Shown: one piece after another, positions 38,489 through 48,645 of the stretch
Numbering within the stretch: the stretch's first letter is position 1
Layout of the letters: every line of letters starts with the position of its first letter
DNA from: Candidatus Multivoradales bacterium
GTDB lineage: Bacteria; Acidobacteriota; Thermoanaerobaculia; Multivoradales; Multivoraceae
Direction: 5' to 3'
Assembly: GCA_965223325.1 (NCBI GenBank)
Contig: CBDCWI010000002.1
Location: 785,457-849,456, forward strand
DNA: 64,000 nucleotides
Translations under genes and position numbers: made by a program
Notes under the pieces: model-generated
Seen by the model: the letters and a program-made list of their open reading frames with translations, nothing else
What the model was told of the DNA's origin: nothing
Databases searched by the model: none

Positions 38489-41128
38489 ATGATCTCTGCG
38501 CTCGACCGTCGCTCCTTCTTTACCCCACTCTTCGCCGCTCTCGCTCTCCTCGCCTCCGGCTCGGCCGCTGCGCAGGTGGCCGAGACGCAGGCGGTGAATG
38601 AGCAGCGCGCCGGCTCAAGCCAGCTCGAACGCCCGGGCGGGGTGGTCTCGAGCGCCCTGCAATGGACTGATTCCAACGCACCGCCCAACGGAGTCTGGCT
38701 GGTGACGCTCCAGGACCCGGGTCTGGCGCGCTACGACGGCTCGTTGCCCGACATGCCGATGGCGACGCGGCGCGCGCGAACCGACGGTTCGGGCACCAAG
38801 ATCGACGCGCGCTCCTGGCAGAGCCGAGCCTACCTGGACCATCTCGAGTCGCGGCAGCGCGAGGACCTCGAGACCATTTCCTACGCGCTCGGCCGAGAGG
38901 TCGAACCGATCGTGCGCCACCAGGTGCTGCGAAGCGCTGTGGCTGTGCTCATGACTGCTGAAGAAGCCCAGGCCGTCGAACGACTGAGCAACGTAGCGTC
39001 GGTCACTCCGGACCGCTTGTACCCGCTGACCAGTGACGCTTCGGCCGACTGGATCGGCGCCCCCGCCGTCTGGGACGGCACGCAGACCGCCGACCAGGGT
39101 GAGACCCTGGGCGAGGGAGTCATCATCGGCGTTATCGACTCCGGCATCGATCCCGATCATGAAGCTTTCTCGGACTTGCCTGACGACGAGCACACCTATA
39201 CCAACCCATTCGGCCCCGGCAACTATGTCGGTGAGTGCGACGGCGAGTCGCCTGAGTTCCCCTGCAACGCCAAGCTGATCGGTGCCTGGGACTTCATCGA
39301 CGCGCTGGCGGGTACCAACCCCGACACGATGGAGCCCTGTGAGGATGACGGTGCCTACGACGACGAGGGTCACGGTACCCACGTCGCCTCGATCGCCGCC
39401 GGCAACCGCGTCAACTGGCCCGCGAGCTCTGGGATCGCGCCGCACGCCAACCTGATCAGCTACGACGTCTGTTTCTACCTGTCGCGGGTTCCTGGGTTCT
39501 GTCCGCAAGCGATGGGCAGCCCACCCTTCGGTGCCTGCTCACAGGTCGCCATCCAGTCGGCCCTCGACCAGGCGGTGCTCGACGGTGTCGACATTGTCAA
39601 CATCTCGATTCAGGGTGGCGCCGATCCCTGGCATGCGAACTCGATCGACGGCTACGCCCTCGACGCGCTCGAGGCAGGCATTCTGGTCGTGTCGACGGCC
39701 GGTAACCAGGAGACCGAGGGCACCGTCACTCACCTCGGCCCCTGGGTGTTGACGGCCGCCGCGACCACGCACGACCGCATCTCCTACCCAGCCACCCTCA
39801 CCCTTTCGGGAGGCGACGTGATGCCGCCCGGCCCAACCTTCGAGGGCACCAGCCTGTCGGCGACAGGGCTGCCGGCAGCCACTCCGATCGTCTGGGCTGG
39901 CTCCCATGAAGCCGACCTCGAAGAAGCCCCCGAGTTCTCCTACTCTGCCGAACGCTGCCTCCAACCGTTCTCCAGCGGAAGCTTGACCGGAAAGGTCGTC
40001 GTCTGCACGTTCTTCGGTCGGCCCGACCGCCCCTACACTCAGGTCCTCAAGGCACAAAACGTCGCCGCCGGCGGCGCGGTGGGCATGATCGTCCTTGGTA
40101 ACCCTGGTCTTCCGAGCGAACTCCAGGCCGCCTGGCCACACCCCATTCCGACCTTCCAGGTGACCGGCGGAGACAATTCCGCGATCGAGCTCTGGGTCAC
40201 CGAGAACGAAGGTGGCACCGACGAGCTCGCAACCATCGCCCTCGGCACGCGCGAGAACGACAGTGACGAGGGCGATCTCTTGTGGTTCAAGACCTCCCGT
40301 GGACCGACCGACTACGACCTCCTCAAGCCCGACGTTGCAGCGCCCGGCTACAACATTTTCGGCGCTGAGGGCGGCTACTACAGCCCTGGCTACAACGGTT
40401 CGGCGTACATCTATCGCAGTGGCACCTCCATGGCGGCACCTCAGCTGGCCGGCACGGCGGCGCTGGTCAAGGCGCTGCATCCGTCCTGGACTCCTTCGGA
40501 GATCAAGTCGGCCATCACCACCACCGCTCACAGCGCAGTCCTCGACGAAACCGGTACGGCTTCCGCCACACCCTGGGACGTCGGCAGCGGACGGGTCGAC
40601 GCCGCCGCGGCGACTCGCGCCGGTCTGGTCTTTCCCGAGACGCGGACCAACTACGAGAACGCCGATCCTGGCAACGGCGGCGACCCGGCGACTCTCAACG
40701 TGCCCTCACTCGCCAAGGTCGACTGCCCGGGCACCTGCCAGTGGACGAGAACGGTGAGGAATACGCGCAACGTGACGACTTCCTGGCGGGCCACCAAGAC
40801 CGGTCCAGCAGGCTTCCTGATCGATGTCAGCCCGAGCAGCTTCAGTCTGGCGCCGGGCGCCTCGCAGGTGATCACCATCACCATTCTCAACCTCGACGCC
40901 TCCCTGATTCCGGCGCGCCGTGGCACGGCTCCTCCGGCAGCTGAGGACTACCAGTTCGGAACCATCGAGCTGGCCAACGATGACGACGACCCGGACCTGC
41001 CGACGGTTCGCATTCCCTACGCGGTCACCGTGACCGATGTCGCCTGGGAGCCGCTGTTTAGTGATGCGTTCGAGAGCAACGACGTTTGCGCCTGGTCGCG
41101 CGCGGTGGGCGGGGTCTGCTCGAACTGA
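38489..41128 (+). CDS. S8 family serine peptidase (subtilase) with a PA-like insert and C-terminal beta-rich domains, secreted.
   Basis: Catalytic triad motifs: Asp (GVIIGVIDSGID), His (HGTHVASIAAG), Ser (GTSMAAPQLAG). Signal peptide LFAALALLASGSAAAQ. Confidence 0.85.
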   Translation: MISALDRRSFFTPLFAALALLASGSAAAQVAETQAVNEQRAGSSQLERPGGVVSSALQWTDSNAPPNGVWLVTLQDPGLARYDGSLPDMPMATRRARTDGSGTKIDARSWQSRAYLDHLESRQREDLETISYALGREVEPIVRHQVLRSAVAVLMTAEEAQAVERLSNVASVTPDRLYPLTSDASADWIGAPAVWDGTQTADQGETLGEGVIIGVIDSGIDPDHEAFSDLPDDEHTYTNPFGPGNYVGECDGESPEFPCNAKLIGAWDFIDALAGTNPDTMEPCEDDGAYDDEGHGTHVASIAAGNRVNWPASSGIAPHANLISYDVCFYLSRVPGFCPQAMGSPPFGACSQVAIQSALDQAVLDGVDIVNISIQGGADPWHANSIDGYALDALEAGILVVSTAGNQETEGTVTHLGPWVLTAAATTHDRISYPATLTLSGGDVMPPGPTFEGTSLSATGLPAATPIVWAGSHEADLEEAPEFSYSAERCLQPFSSGSLTGKVVVCTFFGRPDRPYTQVLKAQNVAAGGAVGMIVLGNPGLPSELQAAWPHPIPTFQVTGGDNSAIELWVTENEGGTDELATIALGTRENDSDEGDLLWFKTSRGPTDYDLLKPDVAAPGYNIFGAEGGYYSPGYNGSAYIYRSGTSMAAPQLAGTAALVKALHPSWTPSEIKSAITTTAHSAVLDETGTASATPWDVGSGRVDAAAATRAGLVFPETRTNYENADPGNGGDPATLNVPSLAKVDCPGTCQWTRTVRNTRNVTTSWRATKTGPAGFLIDVSPSSFSLAPGASQVITITILNLDASLIPARRGTAPPAAEDYQFGTIELANDDDDPDLPTVRIPYAVTVTDVAWEPLFSDAFESNDVCAWSRAVGGVCSN

Positions 41129-41201
41129 CTGCCTGTCGGGGGCAGAAGAGCTCGGGACGGTGACATCATGACGGCGCACGAAGCAGAAAGACCGCCGCCT
41201 C

Positions 41202-43502
41202 GTGCGTCTTTTGATGAAAACCTCCTCTGGCCATCTCACGGCTCCCGCACTCGCTCTCGCCCTCGTCGTCTCGGCCTGCGCGCCGGGTGACCCGAGCGAT
41301 TCGCGACCACCACTCCCCCTGGCACTCGAATTCTCATGGGCAGACACCGCCCGTGAGCAGGCACTGATTGACTTCGGCACGGTAGAGGCCCAGAGTGCCG
41401 TGATCGAGGGCTTCGACCCACGCCTCGACTCCCGCCAGGGCAACTCATCCGGCGTGACCTGGCAGTGGAGTCGCGGCGACCGCTCGGAGGTCGAGTTCTT
41501 TCTCGCCGGAATCGATGGACAAAACCTCGAACTGCGTGCCGCCGCCCTCGAGGTCCCGGAAGCTGCCGGCCTTGGCCCGCAGGCCGTCTCGCTCACGCTC
41601 AACGAACAGGCTCTCGGTGACCTGGTCATCGGGCCCACACCAGCGGTCCACCGAATCGATCTGCCGCCGGGAGTCTTACGGGTCGGCGCCAACCGCCTGG
41701 CCCTTCGCTACGCCTGGGCTGTCCGCCCGCGCGACATCGGCATCGGGCGCGACAGCCGCCGCCTGGCGGTGCGCTGGGACTGGCTGTCACTGGCCGGGCC
41801 GCCAGGTGCGATCGAAACCAGCGCGGCGATGCCGGAGCAGCGCATTGCCGTAGCGCCCACAAAAGACGAGAGGAGCCGTGCGTGGCCCGCCCTCGACCTT
41901 CCCGGTCGCACTGTGGTTGATTTCTTCCTCGACCTGGGGGCCGAACCACGCATCATCTGGCAAGAGCTCACCAACGACTGCCCTCAACCGGTTCATCTGC
42001 AACTCAGACTGACTCGGGCCGACGGCGGCGACGACAGGCGAGACGCGCAGGAGATCGGCGGCGGGAACCGCGACGTTCACCTGTCGATCGAAGAGACCGG
42101 GATTCATCGCCTTCGGGTCACCAACCTGGCACCACCAGGATGTACTACGACCTGGTTCGACCCCGCGCTCTACGGGCGCGGCCCACGTCTCGAGTTGATT
42201 CCCCAGACTAGACAACAGGCCGAGGTCGAGGTCAGCGAACGACCCGATGTGTATGTCTATCTTGTCGACACCCTGCGCGCCGACCGGCTCGGCACCTACG
42301 GCCAGAGCACCCTCACACCGGCGATCGATGCGTTCGCAGAGCAGTCGATCATCTTCGACGCGGCGATTGGCACGTCGTCCTGGACCCAGCCATCGGTCGC
42401 CTCCCTGTTTACAGGAACCCCGCCGGACGATCACGGCGTTTTGCTCGTCGAAGACAAACTGCCGGAAGAAGCTCAGGTCCTCGCCGAACAGCTCCAGCTC
42501 GCGGCGTATCGCACCGCGGCACTGAGCAACAACTTCCTGATTCGTGAGTCGACCGGCTTCGACCAGGGCTTCGACGCTTTCGAGTTCGTCGGCACGGACG
42601 ACCACGATGCGTTCATCGATCTCGCGATCAGCCGGTTAGAAGGGCCGCCCGACGCGAACGGCCTCGAGCCGACCTTCTTCTACGTCCATACCTCCGAGCC
42701 GCACCTGCCCTACGATCCCCCACCAGATCTTCGCGCCGAGCTCAATATCGGAAGCGACCTCATCGTCGACGTCGCCAACCTCGACCAGCTCCACGGTCGC
42801 ACTTCCGGGCCGGAGAAAGAAGCCGAAATGGCGCTGGTCCGCCAGATCTACGACGCCGAAGTGCGCGAGGCCGACCGCAACTTCGCGCGCTTCATCGCGG
42901 CGCTCGAAGACCGAGGCCGCTACGACGAAAGCCTCATCATCTTCACCTCGGACCACGGTGAAGAATTCGAGGACCACGGCACGATTCGCCACGGTCGCAA
43001 TCTCTACCGCCCGACTCTCCAGGTACCGCTGTTGATCAAGCCGCCGCGAAGCTGGTGGGAACAACACGGAGAAAAGCCACCGCTTCGAATTGCCTCGCCG
43101 GCCGGTCTGATCGATCTTTCGGCAACCATTCTCGCTGCCGCAGGCCTCGAACCGCCGCCCGAGGCCGTCGGTCGCAACCTTCTAGCCGCCGGTGCATCCG
43201 CGCGCCACAGCGGGCTCCGCTTCGCCAGCCTCTACACCATCGGGCCCCAACGCATTGCCCGCGACGACCACTGGAAGCTGCTCTGGGACGCGCGTTTCGA
43301 AAAGCCTGCCCTTCTCGACCTGCGCTCCTGGCCCGGCGAGCAGGAGCGAGTCGAGGCGCAGTACCCGTTGCGTTATCGCTTCATGAACCAGCAGTTCGAG
43401 CGCTGGCGCAAGCGCTACCCGAACCCCGAGCAGCTCGACACCGAAAAGGTCTTCGACCCGGCCACCGTCGAACGCCTGCGTGCGCTCGGGTACCTCGAGT
43501 AG
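41202..43502 (+). CDS. Lipoprotein with an unassigned N-terminal domain of about 330 aa and a C-terminal sulfatase-like (alkaline phosphatase superfamily) domain lacking the FGly Cys.
   Basis: Lipobox LVVSAC. YVYLVDTLRADRLG; TSSWTQPSVASLFTG in place of CxPxR; IIFTSDHGEE. C-terminal tail LRALGYLE. Confidence 0.7.
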   Translation: MRLLMKTSSGHLTAPALALALVVSACAPGDPSDSRPPLPLALEFSWADTAREQALIDFGTVEAQSAVIEGFDPRLDSRQGNSSGVTWQWSRGDRSEVEFFLAGIDGQNLELRAAALEVPEAAGLGPQAVSLTLNEQALGDLVIGPTPAVHRIDLPPGVLRVGANRLALRYAWAVRPRDIGIGRDSRRLAVRWDWLSLAGPPGAIETSAAMPEQRIAVAPTKDERSRAWPALDLPGRTVVDFFLDLGAEPRIIWQELTNDCPQPVHLQLRLTRADGGDDRRDAQEIGGGNRDVHLSIEETGIHRLRVTNLAPPGCTTTWFDPALYGRGPRLELIPQTRQQAEVEVSERPDVYVYLVDTLRADRLGTYGQSTLTPAIDAFAEQSIIFDAAIGTSSWTQPSVASLFTGTPPDDHGVLLVEDKLPEEAQVLAEQLQLAAYRTAALSNNFLIRESTGFDQGFDAFEFVGTDDHDAFIDLAISRLEGPPDANGLEPTFFYVHTSEPHLPYDPPPDLRAELNIGSDLIVDVANLDQLHGRTSGPEKEAEMALVRQIYDAEVREADRNFARFIAALEDRGRYDESLIIFTSDHGEEFEDHGTIRHGRNLYRPTLQVPLLIKPPRSWWEQHGEKPPLRIASPAGLIDLSATILAAAGLEPPPEAVGRNLLAAGASARHSGLRFASLYTIGPQRIARDDHWKLLWDARFEKPALLDLRSWPGEQERVEAQYPLRYRFMNQQFERWRKRYPNPEQLDTEKVFDPATVERLRALGYLE

Positions 43503-43507
43503 CCGGG

Positions 43508-45178
43508 TCAAGAACTGCACGAGAGCATCGAACAGCCCGGACGGTTGCGCGCCCACTCGGGTCGCTTCACAAACCACCGCGCGGCCTCGGGCTGCTCGTC
43601 GTATGGATGCCTGAGGACCTCGAGCAACTCGTCGATGAGGAGAGAAGCAAGCGCTTCGCCCTCAGCCATCGACGCCAGTGCCTCCGTGGCGTCATCGATC
43701 GCCAACTGCGCCATGTAATTGCGCAGAACGAAACGTGGATTCGTCGCGCGCATGAGCCGCCCACGCTCCGTGTCGTTCAGCGGGTCGAGGATCGAGCGCC
43801 GCCGGTAGGCCCTGATCCAGGTCGCGAATAGGGCGTGCTCTTCACCGGAAATCTCTTCGGGTCGATACCAGGCCTCCGCCATAGGCCGTAGCAGCTCGTC
43901 GTCACGGGCGGAAGGTTCGCCGTTATCGGCAAGTAGCGCCAGTTGCGCGAAGAAGATCGTCATGTCGGTCTCGACCGCCTGGAGTACCCTGAACAAGCCG
44001 GAAAGAAGGGCGCCGCCGTCTTCAGGTTCGCCTGGCGCGCCTTCTGGAGACTCCCCATTCTCACCGACGCGCAGCGAGGCGAGGCCGAGCTTCTTGGCCA
44101 TCATGTCGTGCCAGAGAGAGTCGAACATCGGCCCGAAGCCGTCGAGGATCGCGCTCAGGCTTTCGGCATCGTCGGCCAGCGGCAACAACGCGCCCGCCAG
44201 GCGGGCGAGGTTCCATTGGGCAACCTTCGGCTGGTTGCCGAAGCAGTAGCGCCGACCGGCAGCATCGGTTGTGTTGGGCGTCCACCCTGGATCGAAGTCT
44301 TCCAGCCACCCGTACGGCCCGTAGTCGATGGTGAGGCCGAGAATCGACATGTTGTCGGTGTTCATCACCCCGTGCACGAAGCCGACCCGCATCCAGTGGC
44401 AGATCATCTGGGCGGTGCGCTCGACGACCCGGGCGAAGACGCGCGGCACGACGCGAGCACGCGGCTCGCTTTGATCGGGCCAGAGATCGCCGAAATGAGT
44501 GCTCACCGTGTAGTCAAAGAGTTGCTCGAGTTCGCGGGTTTCACCGAGGGCGGCATGAATCTCGAAGTTTCCAAACCGCACGAAGGTTGGCGCGACCCTG
44601 CAGACAACCGCGCCCGGCTCCTCCTGGACGTTGCCGTCGTAGAACATGTCGCGCACTACCATCTCACCGGTGGAGACGAGACTGAGCGCTCGGGTGGTGG
44701 GCACGCCCAGGTGAAACATCGCTTCACTGCACAGGAACTCACGCAGCGAAGAACGTAGAACCGCACGCCCATCAGCGGTGCGCGAGTAGGGCGTCGGGCC
44801 CGCTCCTTTCAGCTGCAGCTCGTAGCGTTCCCTTTCGCCTCGGACTACCTCGCCAATTGAAATCGCGCGCCCGTCCCCCAGCTGCCCGGCCCAGGTACCG
44901 AACTGATGACCGCCATAGCGAGCTGCCCAGGGTGTCGACTGCGGCGGAACGTTATTGCCAGACAGAATGTCGGTCCACAGTTTTCCTCTTACCTCTTCCT
45001 CGGAAAGGCCGAGGACAGAAGCCATCTCGCGCGAGTAGGCCAACCCGCGCGGTCGAGCGACCGGTGTCGGACGAACCAACGAGTAGCACGCCCCCGGGAC
45101 CTGACGACGCGAGTTTTCTCGCAGCGGATCTGCTGGAAGCGCACGAACCAACGAGTTGTCGAACGACAGGGCGGCCAT
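43508..45178 (-). CDS. selO: Protein adenylyltransferase SelO (YdiU/UPF0061 family).
   Basis: MAALSFDNS start and the RAVLRSSLREFLCSEAM...GVPTTRAL kinase-like core typical of SelO. Confidence 0.85.
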   Translation of the reverse strand: MAALSFDNSLVRALPADPLRENSRRQVPGACYSLVRPTPVARPRGLAYSREMASVLGLSEEEVRGKLWTDILSGNNVPPQSTPWAARYGGHQFGTWAGQLGDGRAISIGEVVRGERERYELQLKGAGPTPYSRTADGRAVLRSSLREFLCSEAMFHLGVPTTRALSLVSTGEMVVRDMFYDGNVQEEPGAVVCRVAPTFVRFGNFEIHAALGETRELEQLFDYTVSTHFGDLWPDQSEPRARVVPRVFARVVERTAQMICHWMRVGFVHGVMNTDNMSILGLTIDYGPYGWLEDFDPGWTPNTTDAAGRRYCFGNQPKVAQWNLARLAGALLPLADDAESLSAILDGFGPMFDSLWHDMMAKKLGLASLRVGENGESPEGAPGEPEDGGALLSGLFRVLQAVETDMTIFFAQLALLADNGEPSARDDELLRPMAEAWYRPEEISGEEHALFATWIRAYRRRSILDPLNDTERGRLMRATNPRFVLRNYMAQLAIDDATEALASMAEGEALASLLIDELLEVLRHPYDEQPEAARWFVKRPEWARNRPGCSMLSCSS

Positions 45179-45341
45179 GGCACAGTCAACGCGCCGGTGG
45201 CGCGTCCTTCTCGGGGGTGTTACTGGGTTTCCTCTTTCGCGACGAGGACTCTAGACCATCCGGCCCTCCGAAGATTGCTGTCCCCGGCTTCTTTCTGCTA
45301 ACAACGGCTGCCTGCCGAACGACCGGCGCGAGGCTAGACCT

Positions 45342-46259
45342 GTGGCAGAGATACCTGAAGAGAACGTTGGAGACGCCTACGCGGACCCTCTGTACGCCGC
45401 CTCCTTCCAAGAGTCCGGCACGGCGAGGCGACTACCGCGCTGTGAGGGCTCCCTGGTCGTGCGGCCGATTCCCGGCTCGCCATCGTTTGACGCCATGGGT
45501 CCCTACCCGCTCTTTGCCTGCCGCGACTGGTCGGCGCTGGCTGGAGATCTCGACGAGCTGGGCGATCTGGTCTCGGTTGTACTGGTCACCGACCCGATGG
45601 CACACCTCGACCTGGAGCGAATGCGCCGGGACTTCGACGTCTTCCGGCCTTACAAGACCCACTACATCGTCGACCTCGATCAACACACCGAAGGGGCGAT
45701 CTCGAACAGGCATCGGCGGTACTCGCACCGCGCGCTTCAGAGGCTCACCGTCGAGACCTGCCCTGTGGATGAGGCTCTCGATGAGTGGAGCGCGCTCTAT
45801 GCACATCTCATCGAGCGCCACCAGATCAATGACCTGCGACGGTTCTCGAGGGCGACTTTCAAGGCACAGCTCGCGCTACCGGGAAGCGTCCTTCTGCGGG
45901 CACGTCTGGGCGAGCGCACGGTGGCAATGGACTGGTACCTCCAAACCGAGACCACCGTCTACCGACACCTCGCGGCGCTCGCCCCCGAAGGTTACGACCA
46001 CAGCGCCTCCTACGGCCTGGTTCACCGCGCCATTGACCTGTTTCGGGGTCGCAGAAAGTGGCTCGATCTCGGCGCCGGAGCGGGCACGCAAGAGAACTCC
46101 AGTGACGGCCTGACCTTCTGGAAGCGCGGCTGGACGAGAAACACGGCCACTGCTTATCTGTGCGGCAAAGTCCTCGACCGCACCGCCTACCGCACGCTCG
46201 CCAAAGGGCCTGGCGCGACCACCTATTTCCCGGCCTACCGGGCCGGCGAGTTCGGCTGA
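45342..46259 (+). CDS. Hypothetical protein, tentatively a GNAT-fold FemAB/Acetyltransf_6-like (BioF2-like) acyl/aminoacyl transferase.
   Basis: Size and weak motif resemblance only; frequent context in polysaccharide loci. The assignment is low confidence. Confidence 0.35.
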   Translation: MAEIPEENVGDAYADPLYAASFQESGTARRLPRCEGSLVVRPIPGSPSFDAMGPYPLFACRDWSALAGDLDELGDLVSVVLVTDPMAHLDLERMRRDFDVFRPYKTHYIVDLDQHTEGAISNRHRRYSHRALQRLTVETCPVDEALDEWSALYAHLIERHQINDLRRFSRATFKAQLALPGSVLLRARLGERTVAMDWYLQTETTVYRHLAALAPEGYDHSASYGLVHRAIDLFRGRRKWLDLGAGAGTQENSSDGLTFWKRGWTRNTATAYLCGKVLDRTAYRTLAKGPGATTYFPAYRAGEFG

Positions 46260-46295
46260 GTCCCCGAGCACCCGCGGGAAACGCCCAAGGATTCC

Positions 46296-46375
46296 CAGTT
46301 TCATCCCAGTCGATCGCCCGGCAATCGCCCGGCAATCGCCGGGCCGGGGGGCCGGGTGATTGCCGGGACGGCCTG
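46296..46375. repeat. Related 11-bp repeat (AATCGCCCGGC x2-3) fused to a roughly 15-bp-stem inverted repeat; probable bidirectional terminator between convergent genes.
   Basis: cccagtcgatcgcccggcaatcgcccggcaatcgcc shares about 35 bp with 38296-38330. GGCAATCGCCGGGCC ggggg GGCCGGGTGATTGCC forms a hairpin. Confidence 0.5.
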
Positions 46376-46382
46376 CCTGGGC

Positions 46383-48449
46383 TCAGGGGCTCCGCGTCTC
46401 CTGTTCGATCGCCGCTGCCAGGGCCTCGCCGACGACCCGATGACCAACTTCGTTCCAGTGCGGATCCCAGCGAAAGTACGGCTCCTCCCCCTCCTCGAGC
46501 GCTCTCGAGAGGGGCTCGAAGAGGGAGTTGCACGCGACGCCGGCGGCGCGACAGGCCTCTAGAACCGCCTCTTCAACGTCACGGTGATGATCCAGGAAGA
46601 GCTCGAGGCGGGTCCGATCTGGAGGTCGCGGCGTTTCGGCGCTCACCGCCAGGAAACGATCGAGAGCCGCAGTGTCGATCGACCCGCTGAGCCGGGGTAG
46701 ATAGAGACTCGCCTTCGACGGCGCCAGGGCCACCATCAGTTGCATGCCCGAGCGGTCGGCAGTTACCTTGAGTCGTTCGAGCACCCTCGTGGTTTCCTGG
46801 AGGCCCTGGCGATCGCGCCACTGGCTGAGCGCAAGCGTTCCGGCGAACAACTCTCGATCGTGGAAGGCCACTGCCACTTCCCGCCCACCGAGTCGCCCCT
46901 CAACCGGGCCGAAGCCGCCACTGCGCGCAAACGACTCGAAACTCTGACGGCGGCCACCACCCAGGAGCGCTCTGCCCGCAGCCACGACGAACCAGTGATC
47001 ACGGGCCCGGGCGATTCGGTTTCCACGCCGAGCCCACTGCTGGGCGTAGAGGAACTGCATCCATGACATTCCCGAGTGGCGGTAGCGAACGTACTGCTCG
47101 GCGTCCATGAGGTCATTGCCGAGGTAAAGGAGCACCACCGCCACCGCCGGGTGTTGGCTGTCGTCCTCTGCCGCTGCAAAACGTGCGAGCACCTCCGCAT
47201 ACTGTTGGGGTCCATAGCCACCGACGCCGAGGTTGCGCACCGCCCCCCCACGGAGCCGAGTTTCAGCCAGGGCACGCTCGAGAATCGACGGCCAGGTGGA
47301 CTCGCGCGGGCTCTGATCGCCTTCGGTGAAGGAGTCGCCGATCGCAATCACCGCTGGAGCCTGTGCACCTGGAGGATTGCGAAAACCGTCGCCGTCGGTC
47401 TCGAAGCGCACCTTGGGCCGCCTGCTCAATAAGCTGCGAGGGTGTTGCCCCTGCTCTTGGAGCCAGTCCGCAGCCAGCAGGTCGAAACGGTGTTCGGGAA
47501 CGTAGGTGGCGGTCTGGTGGGGTCGATGCAAGAAGCCGAGCTTCTGATCGAAGCGCGTCGACGCGGTTCCACCCTGGTAGTAGCGAAACAGACCTTCGTC
47601 CTGCAGATGACCAGCTGCCTGCGCCGGAAAGGTGAGCGGGAACTGGCGAAAGAACATCTCGACGACCAACAGGACCAACACACTCGAGAAACCCGCCAGA
47701 GTCACACCACGCACGAGCCTCCGTACAGCCGGAAGCGGGGTCGGAGCGAAGCGACCGGTCTCCCGGTTCGTCACCGCACAGAATAGCCCGGCGAGAAGCA
47801 GCGAGAGCGCCAGGCCCAGCCCTCGAATCGAGGTCTCCTCCCGGATCAACGGTTGGCTCCATAACGCCCAGTCGTAGGCGCGTGTCGCACCGCTTTCGGT
47901 GTCTAGGACCAGGGCGACGCCCGAGCCCGGGCTGGCAAACGAAAGATCGATCTTCCGCCAGCCCGACCGCGCCTCTTCCGGCGACAGGAAGACCTCTCGC
48001 GACGCAAGGACGGTGTCGCCCGCTCCAGTTCCCGCCTCGGGGAGCAACGCGCCCCCAAGACTCCCGGGCACAACGACAGAGACCCGAAAGAGAACCCCAT
48101 CGCTCCCTTCTTGACCTGTCGCCTCCGGCAGCAGCGCCGCCGCCACCGAGACACGGGAGCGACCGCGGCGTAGATCGAGAGGCCATCTAAGCCTCGACCG
48201 GGGGTGGGCAAAGATCGCGACGCGCGCCGCGGCTCCGTCCTCGTCTAGACGGTAGAGCTCCTGCCAGTGGGGGTCACTTTCCAGGGCAACCAATGCGTCG
48301 TTGAGCGACAGGCTGAGGCTCTTGGAATGACCCGCCTCTCGTAACCAGGCCAAAGCCACAAGGAGGGCCATCGCCGAGAGCGCAACGGGAAGCCAAGAGA
48401 GTACGCCGCTCCTTGGCCCGCCCGGCGAATAGAATGAGCGACGGGTCAT
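46383..48449 (-). CDS. AlgX/AlgJ-like SGNH-hydrolase-fold protein (putative polysaccharide O-acetyltransferase), N-terminal TM anchor.
   Basis: GDS block (AIGDSFTEGD) and C-terminal DPHWNEVGH (the DxHW motif characteristic of the AlgJ/AlgX family). N-terminal hydrophobic anchor. Confidence 0.55.
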   Translation of the reverse strand: MTRRSFYSPGGPRSGVLSWLPVALSAMALLVALAWLREAGHSKSLSLSLNDALVALESDPHWQELYRLDEDGAAARVAIFAHPRSRLRWPLDLRRGRSRVSVAAALLPEATGQEGSDGVLFRVSVVVPGSLGGALLPEAGTGAGDTVLASREVFLSPEEARSGWRKIDLSFASPGSGVALVLDTESGATRAYDWALWSQPLIREETSIRGLGLALSLLLAGLFCAVTNRETGRFAPTPLPAVRRLVRGVTLAGFSSVLVLLVVEMFFRQFPLTFPAQAAGHLQDEGLFRYYQGGTASTRFDQKLGFLHRPHQTATYVPEHRFDLLAADWLQEQGQHPRSLLSRRPKVRFETDGDGFRNPPGAQAPAVIAIGDSFTEGDQSPRESTWPSILERALAETRLRGGAVRNLGVGGYGPQQYAEVLARFAAAEDDSQHPAVAVVLLYLGNDLMDAEQYVRYRHSGMSWMQFLYAQQWARRGNRIARARDHWFVVAAGRALLGGGRRQSFESFARSGGFGPVEGRLGGREVAVAFHDRELFAGTLALSQWRDRQGLQETTRVLERLKVTADRSGMQLMVALAPSKASLYLPRLSGSIDTAALDRFLAVSAETPRPPDRTRLELFLDHHRDVEEAVLEACRAAGVACNSLFEPLSRALEEGEEPYFRWDPHWNEVGHRVVGEALAAAIEQETRSP

Positions 48450-48645
48450 CGGCGCGAGCCAGAGCGGCCCGACTCCCTACCCCACCGAGGACCCGCAGGA
48501 TTCGGCCCTGCCGGGTTCCCCCGCCCGATGACCAACCTCGAATACATCACCCTCGTGGATCTCAAACGATGACAATCGCTGGACCGAACGACCGGCGATC
48601 TGGTTCCCACAATTCTACGCCGGCTCGGTCGAGCGAGGCGAGACG

